A stretch of DNA of 63,977 nt, counting the filler, from Octopus bimaculoides (lineage: Eukaryota), in assembly GCF_001194135.2 (NCBI RefSeq). It is 6 parts of 6 records of this genome, joined end to end, with 100 filler letters (N's around TTAATTAATTAA, not from the genome) between each part and the next. Parts side by side here need not be neighbours in the genome. Positions count along the whole stretch, not along the records: positions 1 to 15,912 come from NC_068991.1; positions 16,013 to 22,538 come from NW_026314721.1; positions 22,639 to 47,269 come from NC_068986.1; 3 more parts are not named here. One strand, written 5' to 3'. The position numbers and the translations under genes are program-made. Positions 12,911 to 24,740 of this stretch are shown here, in pieces. The notes below the pieces were generated by a model that searched no databases, was not told the DNA's origin, and worked only from the letters and a program-made list of their open reading frames with translations. Within the stretch, counting starts at the first letter, position 1; every line of letters starts with the position of its first letter.

Positions 12911-13766
12911 AGGCATGACACTTGGAGAGAGAGAAAGAGAGAAAACTTAGGTAAATAAGTTATTTTTTATGAAACATAACTAGCTCGAGAATCTTTTGAT
13001 ATACGAGGAAAGTGCAGTTCTATATTTAAGAGATGCAGAATTATGTGCATTATTTACATTATTTACATTATTTACATTTGACGGATATTTGTCCTCATCT
13101 TGTTTGTTGTTAGTACAGCAAGAAAGATAGCCAGACAGACAGAGAGAGTGAGTGTAAAAATTTACAAGAGAACGCCTTAAATTTGTTGTAAAACTGATGT
13201 ATTTATTACGTATCCGAGAAGGGAGAGAACTTGTGTGATTACAGAATTGTTGAGTAATGATAACGAGGATTACGGAAGTAGTGACCGGAAAACAGCTTTC
13301 GCTATTTTGTCATTTAATAGATCAGCGTCAAAATTATTCGGTGCTAAAAAGATAATTCTGAAAAATCTTTCCGACTAATCAATGTATTTCTATATGAAAT
13401 TACTATGGAAAAATAAATAAATAAATAAATAAAATAAACCCCGACAAACAAACAAACAAACAAACAAACAAAAAGACAATGAAATAATGTCACTGTAATC
13501 AAGTATAACATTTTATTATCAGGAAACTTGACAAGACAAGTTTTAACATATTAAGAGATACAAGCAAAAACAAAAGAAAAAGAAGTGAATAGATAAGAAC
13601 GGATTATGAGGGTGGACATAGCTATCCAACGGCTAGGTACAAATTAGTAGTTACTTATAGCTATTTGGAAATATTACAAATCACACTTACCGACAAGTGT
13701 TATAGACATTTATCAAAAAATGTCATTAAAATCGAATTATTCCCAATTTCCCAATATTCTGAAATA

Positions 13767-14578
13767 CGAGTTGGTATTAAAAAGTTTCCAGATTAGTTCT
13801 GTTGTGCACCAACAGATGGCAGCACATGGTTGCGTGCACAGCGAGAGCTAGCAGTGACCTTCATGAGACATTGTGTCGAGTGACATCGCTGTGTTTACTT
13901 CACAAGTTGTGAAATTTGTGTTTTTGTGATCACGTGTATGCTGTAGTCTGCGATTTTTGTCATGGGCAGGAATAAAGAGCCAACGTGGAATTTTGCGTTA
14001 AACTTTTTGCTACAGAGACACTGAGCATGCTTCGACAAGCTTACGGCGACAAGGCAATGGATCGTACGCAATATTTCGAGTGGCACGGGCGCTTCAAAAG
14101 CGGAAGAACGTCCCCGGAAGATGATGAGCGATCTGGGAGACCTGCTACGAGCGTCACCGCCGGAAATGTAGTATTGTGCATCAAGGATTCGTTGCATAGG
14201 GTCTGCGGAGCGCGAAGAATTGGATTCTTCACCGATCTCTCCTCACTCGTAAGTTTCTCGTCAAAAACAACATGGTATCTCCTCCGCACCCACCCTATTC
14301 GCCTGATTTAGCTCCTGCGAACTTCCATCTCTTCCCCAAGATGAAAATGCAGCTCAAAGGACGCCATTTTAACACCGTTGTCGAGATTCAGAGCGAATAG
14401 CAGAAGGTTGTCGACTCGCTTACGGAAAACGACTCCCAGGCCGGATTCCCAAAGTGTCGGGAAATCTAGGATCGGTGTATTACTGCGCAAGACGACTATT
14501 TCGAAGGAGATGGTGTTAAAACTCAGGTAAATAAGTTATTTTTTATGGAACATAACTAGCTCGGGAACCTTTTGATAT
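13767..14578 (+). mobile_element. mariner transposon, internally deleted
   Basis: HTH region FCVKL..TETLSMLRQAYGD..YFEWHGRFKSGRTSPEDDERSGRP; C-terminus HPPYSPDLAPANFHLFPKMK; 5' TIR after TA resembles the reverse complement of the 3' end; DDD core deleted. Confidence 0.92.
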
Positions 14579-14579
14579 A

Positions 14580-14777
14580 CGAGGAAAGTGCAGTTCTATA
14601 TTTAAGAGATGCGGAATTATGTACACTATTTATATTATTTACATTTGATGGATATTTGTCCTCATCTTGTTTGTTGTTAATACAGCGTTTCGGCTGATAT
14701 ACCCTCCAGCCTTCATCAGGTGTCTTGGGGGAAATTTCGAACCTGGCTTCTCATTCCTAAGGTATTTTTCGATGTTG

Positions 14778-14830
<53 letters not shown>

Positions 14831-14922
14831 TTGTTATTATTATTCAGGTCACTGTCTGGAATCGAACTCGGAATCTTGGGGTTAGTAGCCCGCGCTCTTA
14901 ACCACTACGCTATATGCCTACG
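14580..14922 (-). mobile_element. tRNA-headed non-autonomous element with Penelope-like tail
   Basis: Minus strand: A box TAGCGTAGTGG and B box GAGTTCGATTCC, then (AAT)n, then a tail with CTGATGAAGG..CCGAAAC. Confidence 0.75.
14679..14724 (-). ncRNA. Minimal hammerhead-like motif (family B), mutated
   Basis: GACAC CUGAUGA A GGCUG[GAGGGUAUAU]CAGCC GAAAC GCU GUAUU. The adjacent inverted copy has GUU GUGUU, which restores the cleavage triplet and stem I. Confidence 0.6.
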
Positions 14923-15032
14923 GGCATATGGCGTAGAGGGTATATCAGCCGAAACGTTGTGTTAACAACAAACAAGATGAGGGCAAATATCCGTCAAATG
15001 TAAATAATGTAAATAATGTACGAGGAAAGTGA
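14923..15032 (+). mobile_element. Inverted, internally deleted second copy of the preceding element
   Basis: First 14 nt of the head fused directly to the tail AGGGTATATCAGCCGAAACGTTG..AAATAATGTAC. Confidence 0.8.
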
Positions 15033-15541
15033 GCAAGAATTCTGAACAAAACATCACACATTGTTATTATATATTATTAAAAATATTATTAAATTATATT
15101 TAAAATTTGTTTTTCTCGTGTTTTCTAAAAAAACATTTGCAAAACATCTATTTCTCAAGTGTGTCCTTGTCAGGAACATTTTTACTCTTAGTGTATCTGT
15201 TTAATCATAATTCTCTATATTTATAGAAGTCTTCTTCAATTCCGGGTGCGTAGTAGATCACGTTTGTGTCAGATTTAGGGTGTTGTATTGCAAGTTATGT
15301 TGTAAATTAGGAAAGCATTGTTTGGGAAATCTTGTCTACACTCAACGCATGAACAAGAGACAACTGTTTCTCGTTTTCAATGACGTCAACAATAGATGTC
15401 CAGTTTTAACTAAAAATAGAGCTGAATATAGATAAGGTGACAATAGAGCTCCTCTGCAGTGAACGTTAAGCTACCATTATTACAATGTACAAACAATAAG
15501 TGCGGCCGCCAATTAGAGACGATGTCAGATTTCTATTTACC

Positions 15542-15594
15542 ATGGATCATTCATTATTGTCAATTAAACCAAAGAAAAGAGTATGTTATAAGTG
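15542..15594 (+). CDS. Candidate first coding exon (MDHSLLSIKPKKRVCYK-W), possibly of the chitin synthase
   Basis: ACCATGG Kozak context and TG|GTAAGT donor; no homology proof. Confidence 0.3.
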
Positions 15595-15659
15595 GTAAGT
15601 ATTGTTATGCATGTACCTCATCATGGAAGATGTACTTCCGAAACAAACTTGAACTTGTA

Positions 15660-15876
15660 GGCGCAGGCGTGGCTGTGTAGTAAGAACCTTGATTCTCAAC
15701 TACATGATTCCGGGATCAGTCCCACTGAGTGAAACCTTGGGCAAATGTCTATCTACTATTGTCTCTGGCCGACAAAGCCGTGCGAGTGGATTTGGCAAAC
15801 TGAAACTGAAAGAAGCCTGTCGTGTATGTATGTATGTATGTATGTATGTATGTATGTATGTATGTATGTATGTATG

Positions 15877-15890
<14 letters not shown>
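15660..15890 (+). mobile_element. SINE family 1, near full length with (TATG)n tail
   Basis: GGCGCAGGCGTGGCTGTGTAGTAAG..ACCTTGGGCAAATGTC..GAAACTGAAAGAAGCC. Confidence 0.9.
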
Positions 15891-15912
<22 letters not shown>

Positions 15913-15956
15913 NNNNNNNNNNNNNNNNNNNNNNNNNNNNNNNNNNNNNNNNNNNN

Positions 15957-15968
15957 TTAATTAATTAA
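15957..15968. other. Assembly spacer TTAATTAATTAA in a 100-bp N gap
   Basis: N44-spacer-N44; identical construction at five sites. Confidence 0.9.
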
Positions 15969-16165
15969 NNNNNNNNNNNNNNNNNNNNNNNNNNNNNNNN
16001 NNNNNNNNNNNNATATATGTATACATTTACTTATATATACGTTATGTAATAACACACAACATACATATATACATCTACAGACACATATGCAAACAGATAA
16101 ATTTGTATATATGTATGTGTGTGTGTGTGTGTAAGTGTGTGTGTGTGTGTGTGTATACATATATA

Positions 16166-16204
<39 letters not shown>

Positions 16205-16303
16205 GATATACATGTATTTACATATATTACATGATATATATATATATATGCGGACGTCAAACGATGATGATGATGATGGTGATATGTATATACATACAAA
16301 GAT

Positions 16304-16334
<31 letters not shown>

Positions 16335-16465
16335 TTATATATATGTATGTGTGAGTGTGTATATATAGATATCAGCCTTGTGTATTGAATGATGCATATC
16401 CTGGGTGAATCTCTGGTTGGCACCGTACCAAGCATTCCAAGATATCGTATTTAACGGACGGCTGT

Positions 16466-16511
<46 letters not shown>

Positions 16512-16842
16512 CTATGCATATACCCACATATACACACATGTAAGGGAGTAACAGAAGAGATAGAACAGAGACAGTACCAACGCTGTACAGGGGTAGATGT
16601 GCGTGTGTGGATATACGCATAAGTGTGTATATATATATATGTATGTATATGCGTATATATATATATACACACACACACATATATGAGTGTGTGTATTGAT
16701 ACATATATACACAGTGTAAGAAAGAGTGTAGAAGTATATATATATATGTGACGGGGGTGGGGGAGGTCAATGAACTGAAAGAAGAAGAAGAGAGCAATGA
16801 AGATGGGTGGTGTGGGGGATAGGAGGGTGGAGACAAAAGGTT

Positions 16843-16888
<46 letters not shown>

Positions 16889-16900
16889 CAGCAGCACTTA

Positions 16901-17257
16901 TAGTTGTTGTTGTTTAGTTCCATGTCAGTCAGTCCTGATCCAGTAGACAGACCTATGATCAAAGACGTTCCAGCCGTGACCATCCCATCTTTTATTCAGG
17001 CATAGTGTATCTAGGACTACATTATCTAATGTATAGTATAGCAGTTAGTATTAGCGGCCATAGTCGTTGTTGTTTAGCCCTAGGTCAGTCCTGATCCAGA
17101 CAGACCTATGATCAAAGACGCTCCAGCTGTGACCATCCCATCTTTTATTCAGGCATAGTGTATCTAGGACTACATCATCTAACGTATAGTATAGTAGTTA
17201 GTATTAGCGGCCATAGTTGTTGTTGTTTGACCCCAGGTCAGTCCTGATCCAGACAGA
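16901..17257. repeat. Tandem repeat, about 2.3 x 153-160 bp
   Basis: Units start at 16901, 17061 and 17214 (TAGT(T/C)GTTGTTGTTT..GTCAGTCCTGATCCAG..). Confidence 0.92.
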
Positions 17258-17430
17258 GAGGAGACTGCACTGGTATGGTCATGTGATGTGTATGGACAAG
17301 GACAGCTGTGTAACTTTGGAGGGAACCTGTGGTCGAGGTAGACCCAGGAAGACATGGGACAAGGTGGTGAAGCATGGTCTTCCAATCTTGAACCTCACCG
17401 AGGCAAATGACTAGTGACCAAGACCTTTGG
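17258..17430 (+). mobile_element. RTE LINE 3' fragment
   Basis: ERRLHWYGHVMCMD..EGTCGRGRPRKTWDKVVKH. Confidence 0.85.
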
Positions 17431-17502
17431 TGATGTGCTCTAAGAGGAGCGCACCCCTGCTGGTGGCACATAAGAAAATCAACTTTGAAAGTTGGGCCTC
17501 AT

Positions 17503-17595
17503 AGAGGCAAAGTGGCTGAGTTCATTTCGAGTGTTGGGCCTCACAGAGGCAAGTGGCTAAGTTCCTTGCGAGCGTTGGGCCTCACAGAGGCAATG
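17503..17595. repeat. About 41-bp tandem repeat x2.5 (GTTGGGCCTCA(C/T)AGAGGCAA..)
   Basis: Direct reading. Confidence 0.85.
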
Positions 17596-17689
17596 ACCAA
17601 CACCTTTGACATTATGTTGCGCTTGAGAAGAAGACCCGTGAAGCCAAGTAAAACCACAGTCACGGCAGATACTGGTGTCACGCAAATAT

Positions 17690-17974
17690 ATCATCATCAT
17701 CGTTTAACGTCCGCTTTCCATGCTAGCATGGGTTGGACGATTTGACTGAGGACTGGTGAAACCGGATGGCAACACCAGGCTCCAGTCTGATTTGGCAGAG
17801 TTTCTACAGCTGGATGCCCTTCCTAACGCCAACCACTCAGAGAGTGTAGTGGGTGCTTTTACGTGTCACCCGCACGAAAACGGCCACGCTCGAAATGGTG
17901 TCTTTTATGTGCCACCCGCACAAGCCAGTCCAGGGGCACTGGCAACGATCTCGCTCGAAAATCCTACAGGAGCC
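17690..17974. mobile_element. Interspersed repeat (family 4; CATCATCATCGTTTAACGTCC..GGATGCCCTTCCTAACGCC)
   Basis: Homologous to 20660-20780 and, inverted, to 20805-20880. Confidence 0.8.
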
Positions 17975-18704
17975 NNNNNNNNNNNNNNNNNNNNNNNNNN
18001 NNNNNNNNNNNNNNNNNNNNNNNNNNNNNNNNNNNNNNNNNNNNNNNNNNNNNNNNNNNNNNNNNNNNNNNNNNNNNNNNNNNNNNNNNNNNNNNNNNNN
18101 NNNNNNNNNNNNNNNNNNNNNNNNNNNNNNNNNNNNNNNNNNNNNNNNNNNNNNNNNNNNNNNNNNNNNNNNNNNNNNNNNNNNNNNNNNNNNNNNNNNN
18201 NNNNNNNNNNNNNNNNNNNNNNNNNNNNNNNNNNNNNNNNNNNNNNNNNNNNNNNNNNNNNNNNNNNNNNNNNNNNNNNNNNNNNNNNNNNNNNNNNNNN
18301 NNNNNNNNNNNNNNNNNNNNNNNNNNNNNNNNNNNNNNNNNNNNNNNNNNNNNNNNNNNNNNNNNNNNNNNNNNNNNNNNNNNNNNNNNNNNNNNNNNNN
18401 NNNNNNNNNNNNNNNNNNNNNNNNNNNNNNNNNNNNNNNNNNNNNNNNNNNNNNNNNNNNNNNNNNNNNNNNNNNNNNNNNNNNNNNNNNNNNNNNNNNN
18501 NNNNNNNNNNNNNNNNNNNNNNNNNNNNNNNNNNNNNNNNNNNNNNNNNNNNNNNNNNNNNNNNNNNNNNNNNNNNNNNNNNNNNNNNNNNNNNNNNNNN
18601 NNNNNNNNNNNNNNNNNNNNNNNNNNNNNNNNNNNNNNNNNNNNNNNNNNNNNNNNNNNNNNNNNNNNNNNNNNNNNNNNNNNNNNNNNNNNNNNNNNNN
18701 NNNN

Positions 18705-18752
<48 letters not shown>

Positions 18753-19179
18753 CTCTCTCTCTCTCTCTCTCTCTCTGATTAGAGTGTTTCTAAAACAGAC
18801 TAAAATTATTCCCAAATTCTCCGAATTCACCAAAGAATTTGTTGAACGCAAAGCCAAAGTCCATCCCCACACTCAAGCCATTCCCATACTTCAACACAAA
18901 ATAATGCTTAAATTACCACATAATAACAATGTCCAGCTTTGCGGCCCTGACCACAACTGGACTTTGCTGTTATTACGCTCTCTCCCCTATAATTTCCAGA
19001 CAACTTGGGGGTTTCCTAATTGCAACGTACATCGTTAACGAGCAAATATGATTAAGTATATAACAATGTAGGTAGTCATTTGGGGGCCGTGTGAAATAGC
19101 AGCGTAATCTTCCTCGCATCACATTTGAATTTTTAAGCATGTTTGCAATATGTGAGATGCTGATTTATACTGTATGGTT

Positions 19180-19310
19180 GAGTGGTTTGATTCCCAATCA
19201 CATGGTTCTGGGTTCAGTCCCACTGCGTGGCACTTTGGGCAAGTGTCTTCTTCTATAGCCCCAGGCCAACCAAAGCCATCTGAGTAAATCTGGTAGACAA
19301 AAACTGTGTA
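19180..19310 (+). mobile_element. SINE family 1 copy
   Basis: CACATGGTTCTGGGTTCAGTCCCACTGCGTGGCACTTTGGGCAAGTGTC. Confidence 0.88.
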
Positions 19311-19328
19311 TATATATATATATATACC

Positions 19329-19402
<74 letters not shown>

Positions 19403-19640
19403 TACCTATATGTTAATTAATAAATTTATTTGTGTCCATATATGTTAATTAATTAATTTGTATTCATTAGATCTCTCTGTTTTCAAACTTAATAATTATT
19501 GATATATTACAATATTTTATATAATCTATTCATTGAAGAAATATCTCTTCAAAACACAGTACATTAAACCAGTGTATCCTTGGATAGAAATATCCCTATA
19601 AGGGGACTGGATATCCTCAATGTGACTATAAATACACACA

Positions 19641-19796
19641 CGAGAAGCTTCTTTCAGTTTCCATCTACCAAATCCACTCACAAGGCTTTGGTCGGCCTGA
19701 GGCTATAGTAGAAAGGTACTTGCCCAAGGTGCCACGCAGTGGGACTGAACCTGGAAACATGTGGTTAGGAAGCAAGCTTCTTATCACAGTCACGCC
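19641..19796 (-). mobile_element. SINE family 1 copy
   Basis: Reverse complement of the family consensus seen in the window. Confidence 0.9.
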
Positions 19797-20249
19797 ATAA
19801 GAATGAAAAATGCAACTCACTGTGATGGTCATGACTGGAATGTCTTAAACATGGAAAGGATAAGGAACACCCAGCGAGATGGGTGTGGGTGGTAACCATA
19901 GCAACAACCTCCACACCAGATCCTTTCGTTCCCCACCCCCACCTCTACTTCGTCCCCACCCCCACCTCTACATTGTCAGCCCCTCACGCTGTTACGCTGG
20001 TCTGTAATCTGTTTTTTGACGTCATGAGGGGACGAGGGTGGTGGTAATTGTGGTGGTGGGCACATGTGGAGGGAAATGGTGGTTTCGTTTCTAGTCGTCT
20101 TCCACACACATATACATATATAAACATGCCCCCTCACACACACATATATACACACACACACTTATCTAAGTGTCTTGTATATGTTTATGTATGCACGTAT
20201 TTGCATACATATGTGTGTGCGAGTATGTTCTGTGGATATAAATGTATGC

Positions 20250-20285
<36 letters not shown>

Positions 20286-20659
20286 GTAAGTATACATAAA
20301 TATATACACACACACACACATATATATATATATACACATATATATACACACATACACACAGATATATATATATATACTCACACACAGACAAGGACGCAAG
20401 CTACAGTACACTCCCCACCACCCTGGGCCCCCGCTCAACCCAACGTTGTTCAGTGCAGGTTTTGTTGCAGGGGCAGAGGTTAGAGAGTTTTTTGTGATAA
20501 GGCACGTGTGCATACAATCACACACCTTCATACACACGCTCACACACACCTGAACAGAGCTACATAAACACACTGATGTCTAGACACATGCATACACACA
20601 GGTATCAAGACGTGCGGTCCTTCCTCCTACAACCGCCATCACCCACCACCACCACATGC

Positions 20660-20880
20660 TGTCATGGGTCGGACGGTCTGACTGAGGACTGGTAAGCTGG
20701 AAGGCTACACCAGACTCCAGTCAGGTTTGGCATGGTTTCTGCGGCTGGATGCCCTTCCTAACACCGAACCACTCAGCAGAGTGTATGTATGTATGTGTGT
20801 GTGGTGGCACGTCAAAGCACCCACTACACTCTCGGAGTGGTTGGCGTTAGGAAGGGCATCCATCTGTAGAAACTCTGCCA
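20660..20880. mobile_element. Two family-4 fragments in inverted orientation
   Basis: GGATGCCCTTCCTAACACC..GAGTGT versus ACACTCTCGGAGTGGTTGGCGTTAGGAAGGGCATCC. Confidence 0.8.
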
Positions 20881-21159
20881 NNNNNNNNNNNNNNNNNNNN
20901 NNNNNNNNNNNNNNNNNNNNNNNNNNNNNNNNNNNNNNNNNNNNNNNNNNNNNNNNNNNNNNNNNNNNNNNNNNNNNNNNNNNNNNNNNNNNNNNNNNNN
21001 NNNNNNNNNNNNNNNNNNNNNNNNNNNNNNNNNNNNNNNNNNNNNNNNNNNNNNNNNNNNNNNNNNNNNNNNNNNNNNNNNNNNNNNNNNNNNNNNNNNN
21101 NNNNNNNNNNNNNNNNNNNNNNNNNNNNNNNNNNNNNNNNNNNNNNNNNNNNNNNNNNN

Positions 21160-21190
<31 letters not shown>

Positions 21191-21311
21191 TTCAGACTGA
21201 CAGACAGACAGACGGATGGATAGGTGGATAAACGGAAAGTGAGAGAGAAAGATGCTGAGTGATACAGCTATAATTAGATAGTGAAGTAGATAGAAAAATT
21301 AACACAGAAAG

Positions 21312-21355
<44 letters not shown>

Positions 21356-22582
21356 AGAGAGAGAAAGAAAGAGAGAGAGAGTAAAGAAAGACATAGAATG
21401 ATGTGGAAGGGAAAGAGAGCGTCTGTCACGATGGAGGTAACGAGAAAGCCAGAGATAGATAGAGGTGGGGGGAAGAGGTGAAGGTGCAAAGAGGTGGAGG
21501 AGGAGGAGGAAGAAGGAAGTGACAGGCAAATAGTGTCTAATATTTCCACCAGATGGCGTTGTTTTCACTAGACTTTGCAGACATGTTTTGTGAAGATGTT
21601 TATACAGATGGACACTGACGTCTATCTCTCCGACCATTCTCTAAAAATGATGGCTAAACAAGGCCACCACGTGTGAGGCAAGTCTGGAGTTTGGGATTAA
21701 GGTTTTTGGTTTTTTACGTGGGATTGCTTCTCAAGAATGTGGACATCGGTGTGGGAAGAGAGGCGTTTGCTGGACCCCCCCCCCCCCGGGCCACTTTCAC
21801 GAGAGAACCTCCACAAAAACCAGCACTTGGTTGGTTGCTATGGCAATGAGGGTTCCATTGATCTGATCAACCCGAACTGCCCCATGCTCATGAAATAAAT
21901 GAGTAGACACTTGTACTCATTCTGGAGTGGGACCACAGGAAATAAAGTTACTAACTCGAGGACAACGGGCTGCTGGAAACCAAACTTATGATTATACAGT
22001 CATGAACCGAGGACCTTCACCACTAAACCACATGCCTTCCACAAAATAGCTGTTCCTCCATTGGTTGCGACGAAAGTTAACGTAAACGTCCAGCAAAGAC
22101 AACTGCAGTTATCTGGTCACTGTCAACGCCACCTTGAACTAGAAGCATCCGAATTAGCATTGTGCCACCCACTGCATGATGTGTGTGTGTGTGTGTGTGT
22201 GTCTCTTGTATGAGAGAGACCAACAATAGTACCAACCACATTGGCATCACCACCACCATCACCACAAACAATTGCAACACAATCAGCACCACCACCACCA
22301 CCACTACCACCTCTACTAATATCAACAACAACAACACGACACCCCTTCCACCATTATATGACAGTGAAATAACTGAAATTATTTCCTTTGTGTCAATAAA
22401 ACTTTGCCAAAAATACTGGGTCTTTGGATTGTTTTATTTATTTCATTGTATGTCTGTCCTACTGCATTCCTCCCTGTTTTAATCCATGCCTGACTTTTGT
22501 TTCCACACCAACACAAACCGAAACAGTGCATTGTGTATNNNNNNNNNNNNNNNNNNNNNNNNNNNNNNNNNNNNNNNNNNNN

Positions 22583-22594
22583 TTAATTAATTAA
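22583..22594. other. Assembly spacer TTAATTAATTAA in a 100-bp N gap
   Basis: N44-spacer-N44. Confidence 0.9.
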
Positions 22595-22729
22595 NNNNNN
22601 NNNNNNNNNNNNNNNNNNNNNNNNNNNNNNNNNNNNNNTATATATGTACACATAGCATTTTAATAAAATATTGTTTTAAATAAAAATTGACTATAAAGAT
22701 TTTAAATGTTTTACTTTCGTTTCTTTCAG

Positions 22730-23060
22730 GTGCACCGAATCGATACTTATCAAAATTGAAAGATTTCTTCACGTTCATCTTTCATGCGTGTGCTTTGATA
22801 GCCTTGCTATTTTTCAATGACGCTTTGGAACTGGCTGACAAAGTTGTAGCATTTATCTGCCTCGTTTTTGTATCAATATATTCATGGGAAAATTTCTATG
22901 AGGAATGCTCTTTATCGAATCCATTACACAAGAATTTTGAACAAATCATATTGGAATTGTACAAAAGAAAGGGTTTAGCAAACACCATCGTGTACATCTG
23001 GAAAATTTTACTTACATTACTTATAGGATATCTTTTAAAATTCCAAGATTTTGGTTCCAA
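22730..23060 (+). CDS. CHS: Chitin synthase exon, N-terminal transmembrane region (phase 1 to 2)
   Basis: ttctttcag| acceptor, |gtatga donor; ..FVSIYSWENF.. resembles the CHS S-x-x-WEN(Y/F) motif; joins the next exon in frame (AA|T). Confidence 0.75.
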
Positions 23061-23169
23061 GTATGATATATTCTTAATCTTTTTATAATTTACTTCGATA
23101 GAAAGTCATAGTATGACATCATCATCATCATCATCATCAACATCATCATCACCACCACCACCACCAGTA

Positions 23170-24740
23170 GTTTCCTTCAGTCTGTTTCCACTAAATAGTA
23201 AAATATACAGGTGATTATTTGGAAGTCCCCGAATAATTAGCTTTCTTGATATACTTCCTTTACTACCACTATCAATAGTATGATAGGTTATAGGGTGTTG
23301 CTTCTTCATTATTGTCGAAGTACAATTTTTGTAGCTTTACTAGTGCTCAGTATATCTGCATCCCGCTAATCCAGAACATTTCTAATCATTTTAATAGTAT
23401 GCATGCATGGATACTTAGGTTAAAACTTGCTATAGACTTTTAGTGAAATTTTTTGTGTCGAACTGTTTAATGTTGTGCTTCACGATGAAGCGTTTGTTTA
23501 TAGTAGCAAGTTTACTGTAATGGAACAGTAATAAATTTCTTGTTCGCATTACACTAAATGTCATCGCCTAAATAAATATATTTCCAATTGAAATGCCATC
23601 AATCATCTTCCATGAAACATTGATAATATTGTTTAGCCGTTCGTCACTGCTGATTGAATGGATTTATGATAAAATGTGTTCGAACTGTGGCTATCCCGTT
23701 CTTTTGAAATATATATATTAAAGATTACATTATCTAATATCCATTAAAATGGTATTTATGACATGGCTATTATTTCTGGCAGGTAGAGCGATTACACAAA
23801 GGGCCCATCATTGGTTTTTAAAAAATCCATTTCGGTGTTTTAGAAGTTTCTGTAACCTGTTTACTGTCCTCGCATAATCTGTACTGCTTTCGAAATTAGT
23901 GTACTGGCATGAGTGTTTATATTTAATCACAACATAACTGTAAATATTTGAAATTTAATTTCTATCAAATTTCTTTATGGTTGGATAAAATACACACGCT
24001 ATAAAAGTCATTAGTTTCATCGAATATCATCAATATGACTTTTAAGGATTCTAGTTTGTGAATGGATCACGGTATCAAATGGTTTTAGCAACACTTGCAG
24101 AGATGCAGTGTTTGTTCTGCTCCAATTTTATTAAACTGTTTTATAGATAGTTGTTATATGGATGTGCATATATTCTGTGTTAATGATACGATACTTTTCC
24201 TCATATCAAGGAATCATCTTTGTTACTGAAGACTTTGTTTCTTTGTAACTGCATAATATATCATAGAAATACTAGCCAGGCATCTTTTGGTTACCGCTGG
24301 TGTGGTTAATACTACTCTGTAGCATGACTGATGTTTTCAATCAACGCTACTGACTTGTAAGGTTCGGGTGTATCTATCAGTATATTTCCCTTGATGCTTT
24401 TAGATGAGCAGATCTAAAAGATACTACACCTTTAGCTACTGCCCCCAGCAATCCCACTTATATCGTATTTCTGATTTAATTGTTTGCTAATGATATTGTG
24501 AATAAAAAGAAATCACTGAAGTATTCCTTCTAAATCATTAGGGTGCTATTGTTTCCATTTGTACTTGCACATGTGATGCTTTGTTTGTCTTGGTTGCTTA
24601 GCTGCATGACTGACATAATGTGTCAATTAAAGAATGTCTCAAGCTATCGAACACATTCCGTTAATGACAAAAATGAGTTGGTTATATATTGCTTGTAGAA
24701 GAAATCTTCTGAAGTATTCTTTCTTCGAAGCACTGGAATT
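23170..24740 (-). mobile_element. Highly decayed retroelement, possibly Penelope-like RT
   Basis: Only faint motif remnants (MG-P-, xDDI-like, HP-like) among many stops. Confidence 0.35.

Noticed and set aside
22355-22490. Hydrophobic stretch as an upstream CHS exon
   Set aside because: Weak acceptor; needs a frameshift to resemble CHS; no diagnostic motif.
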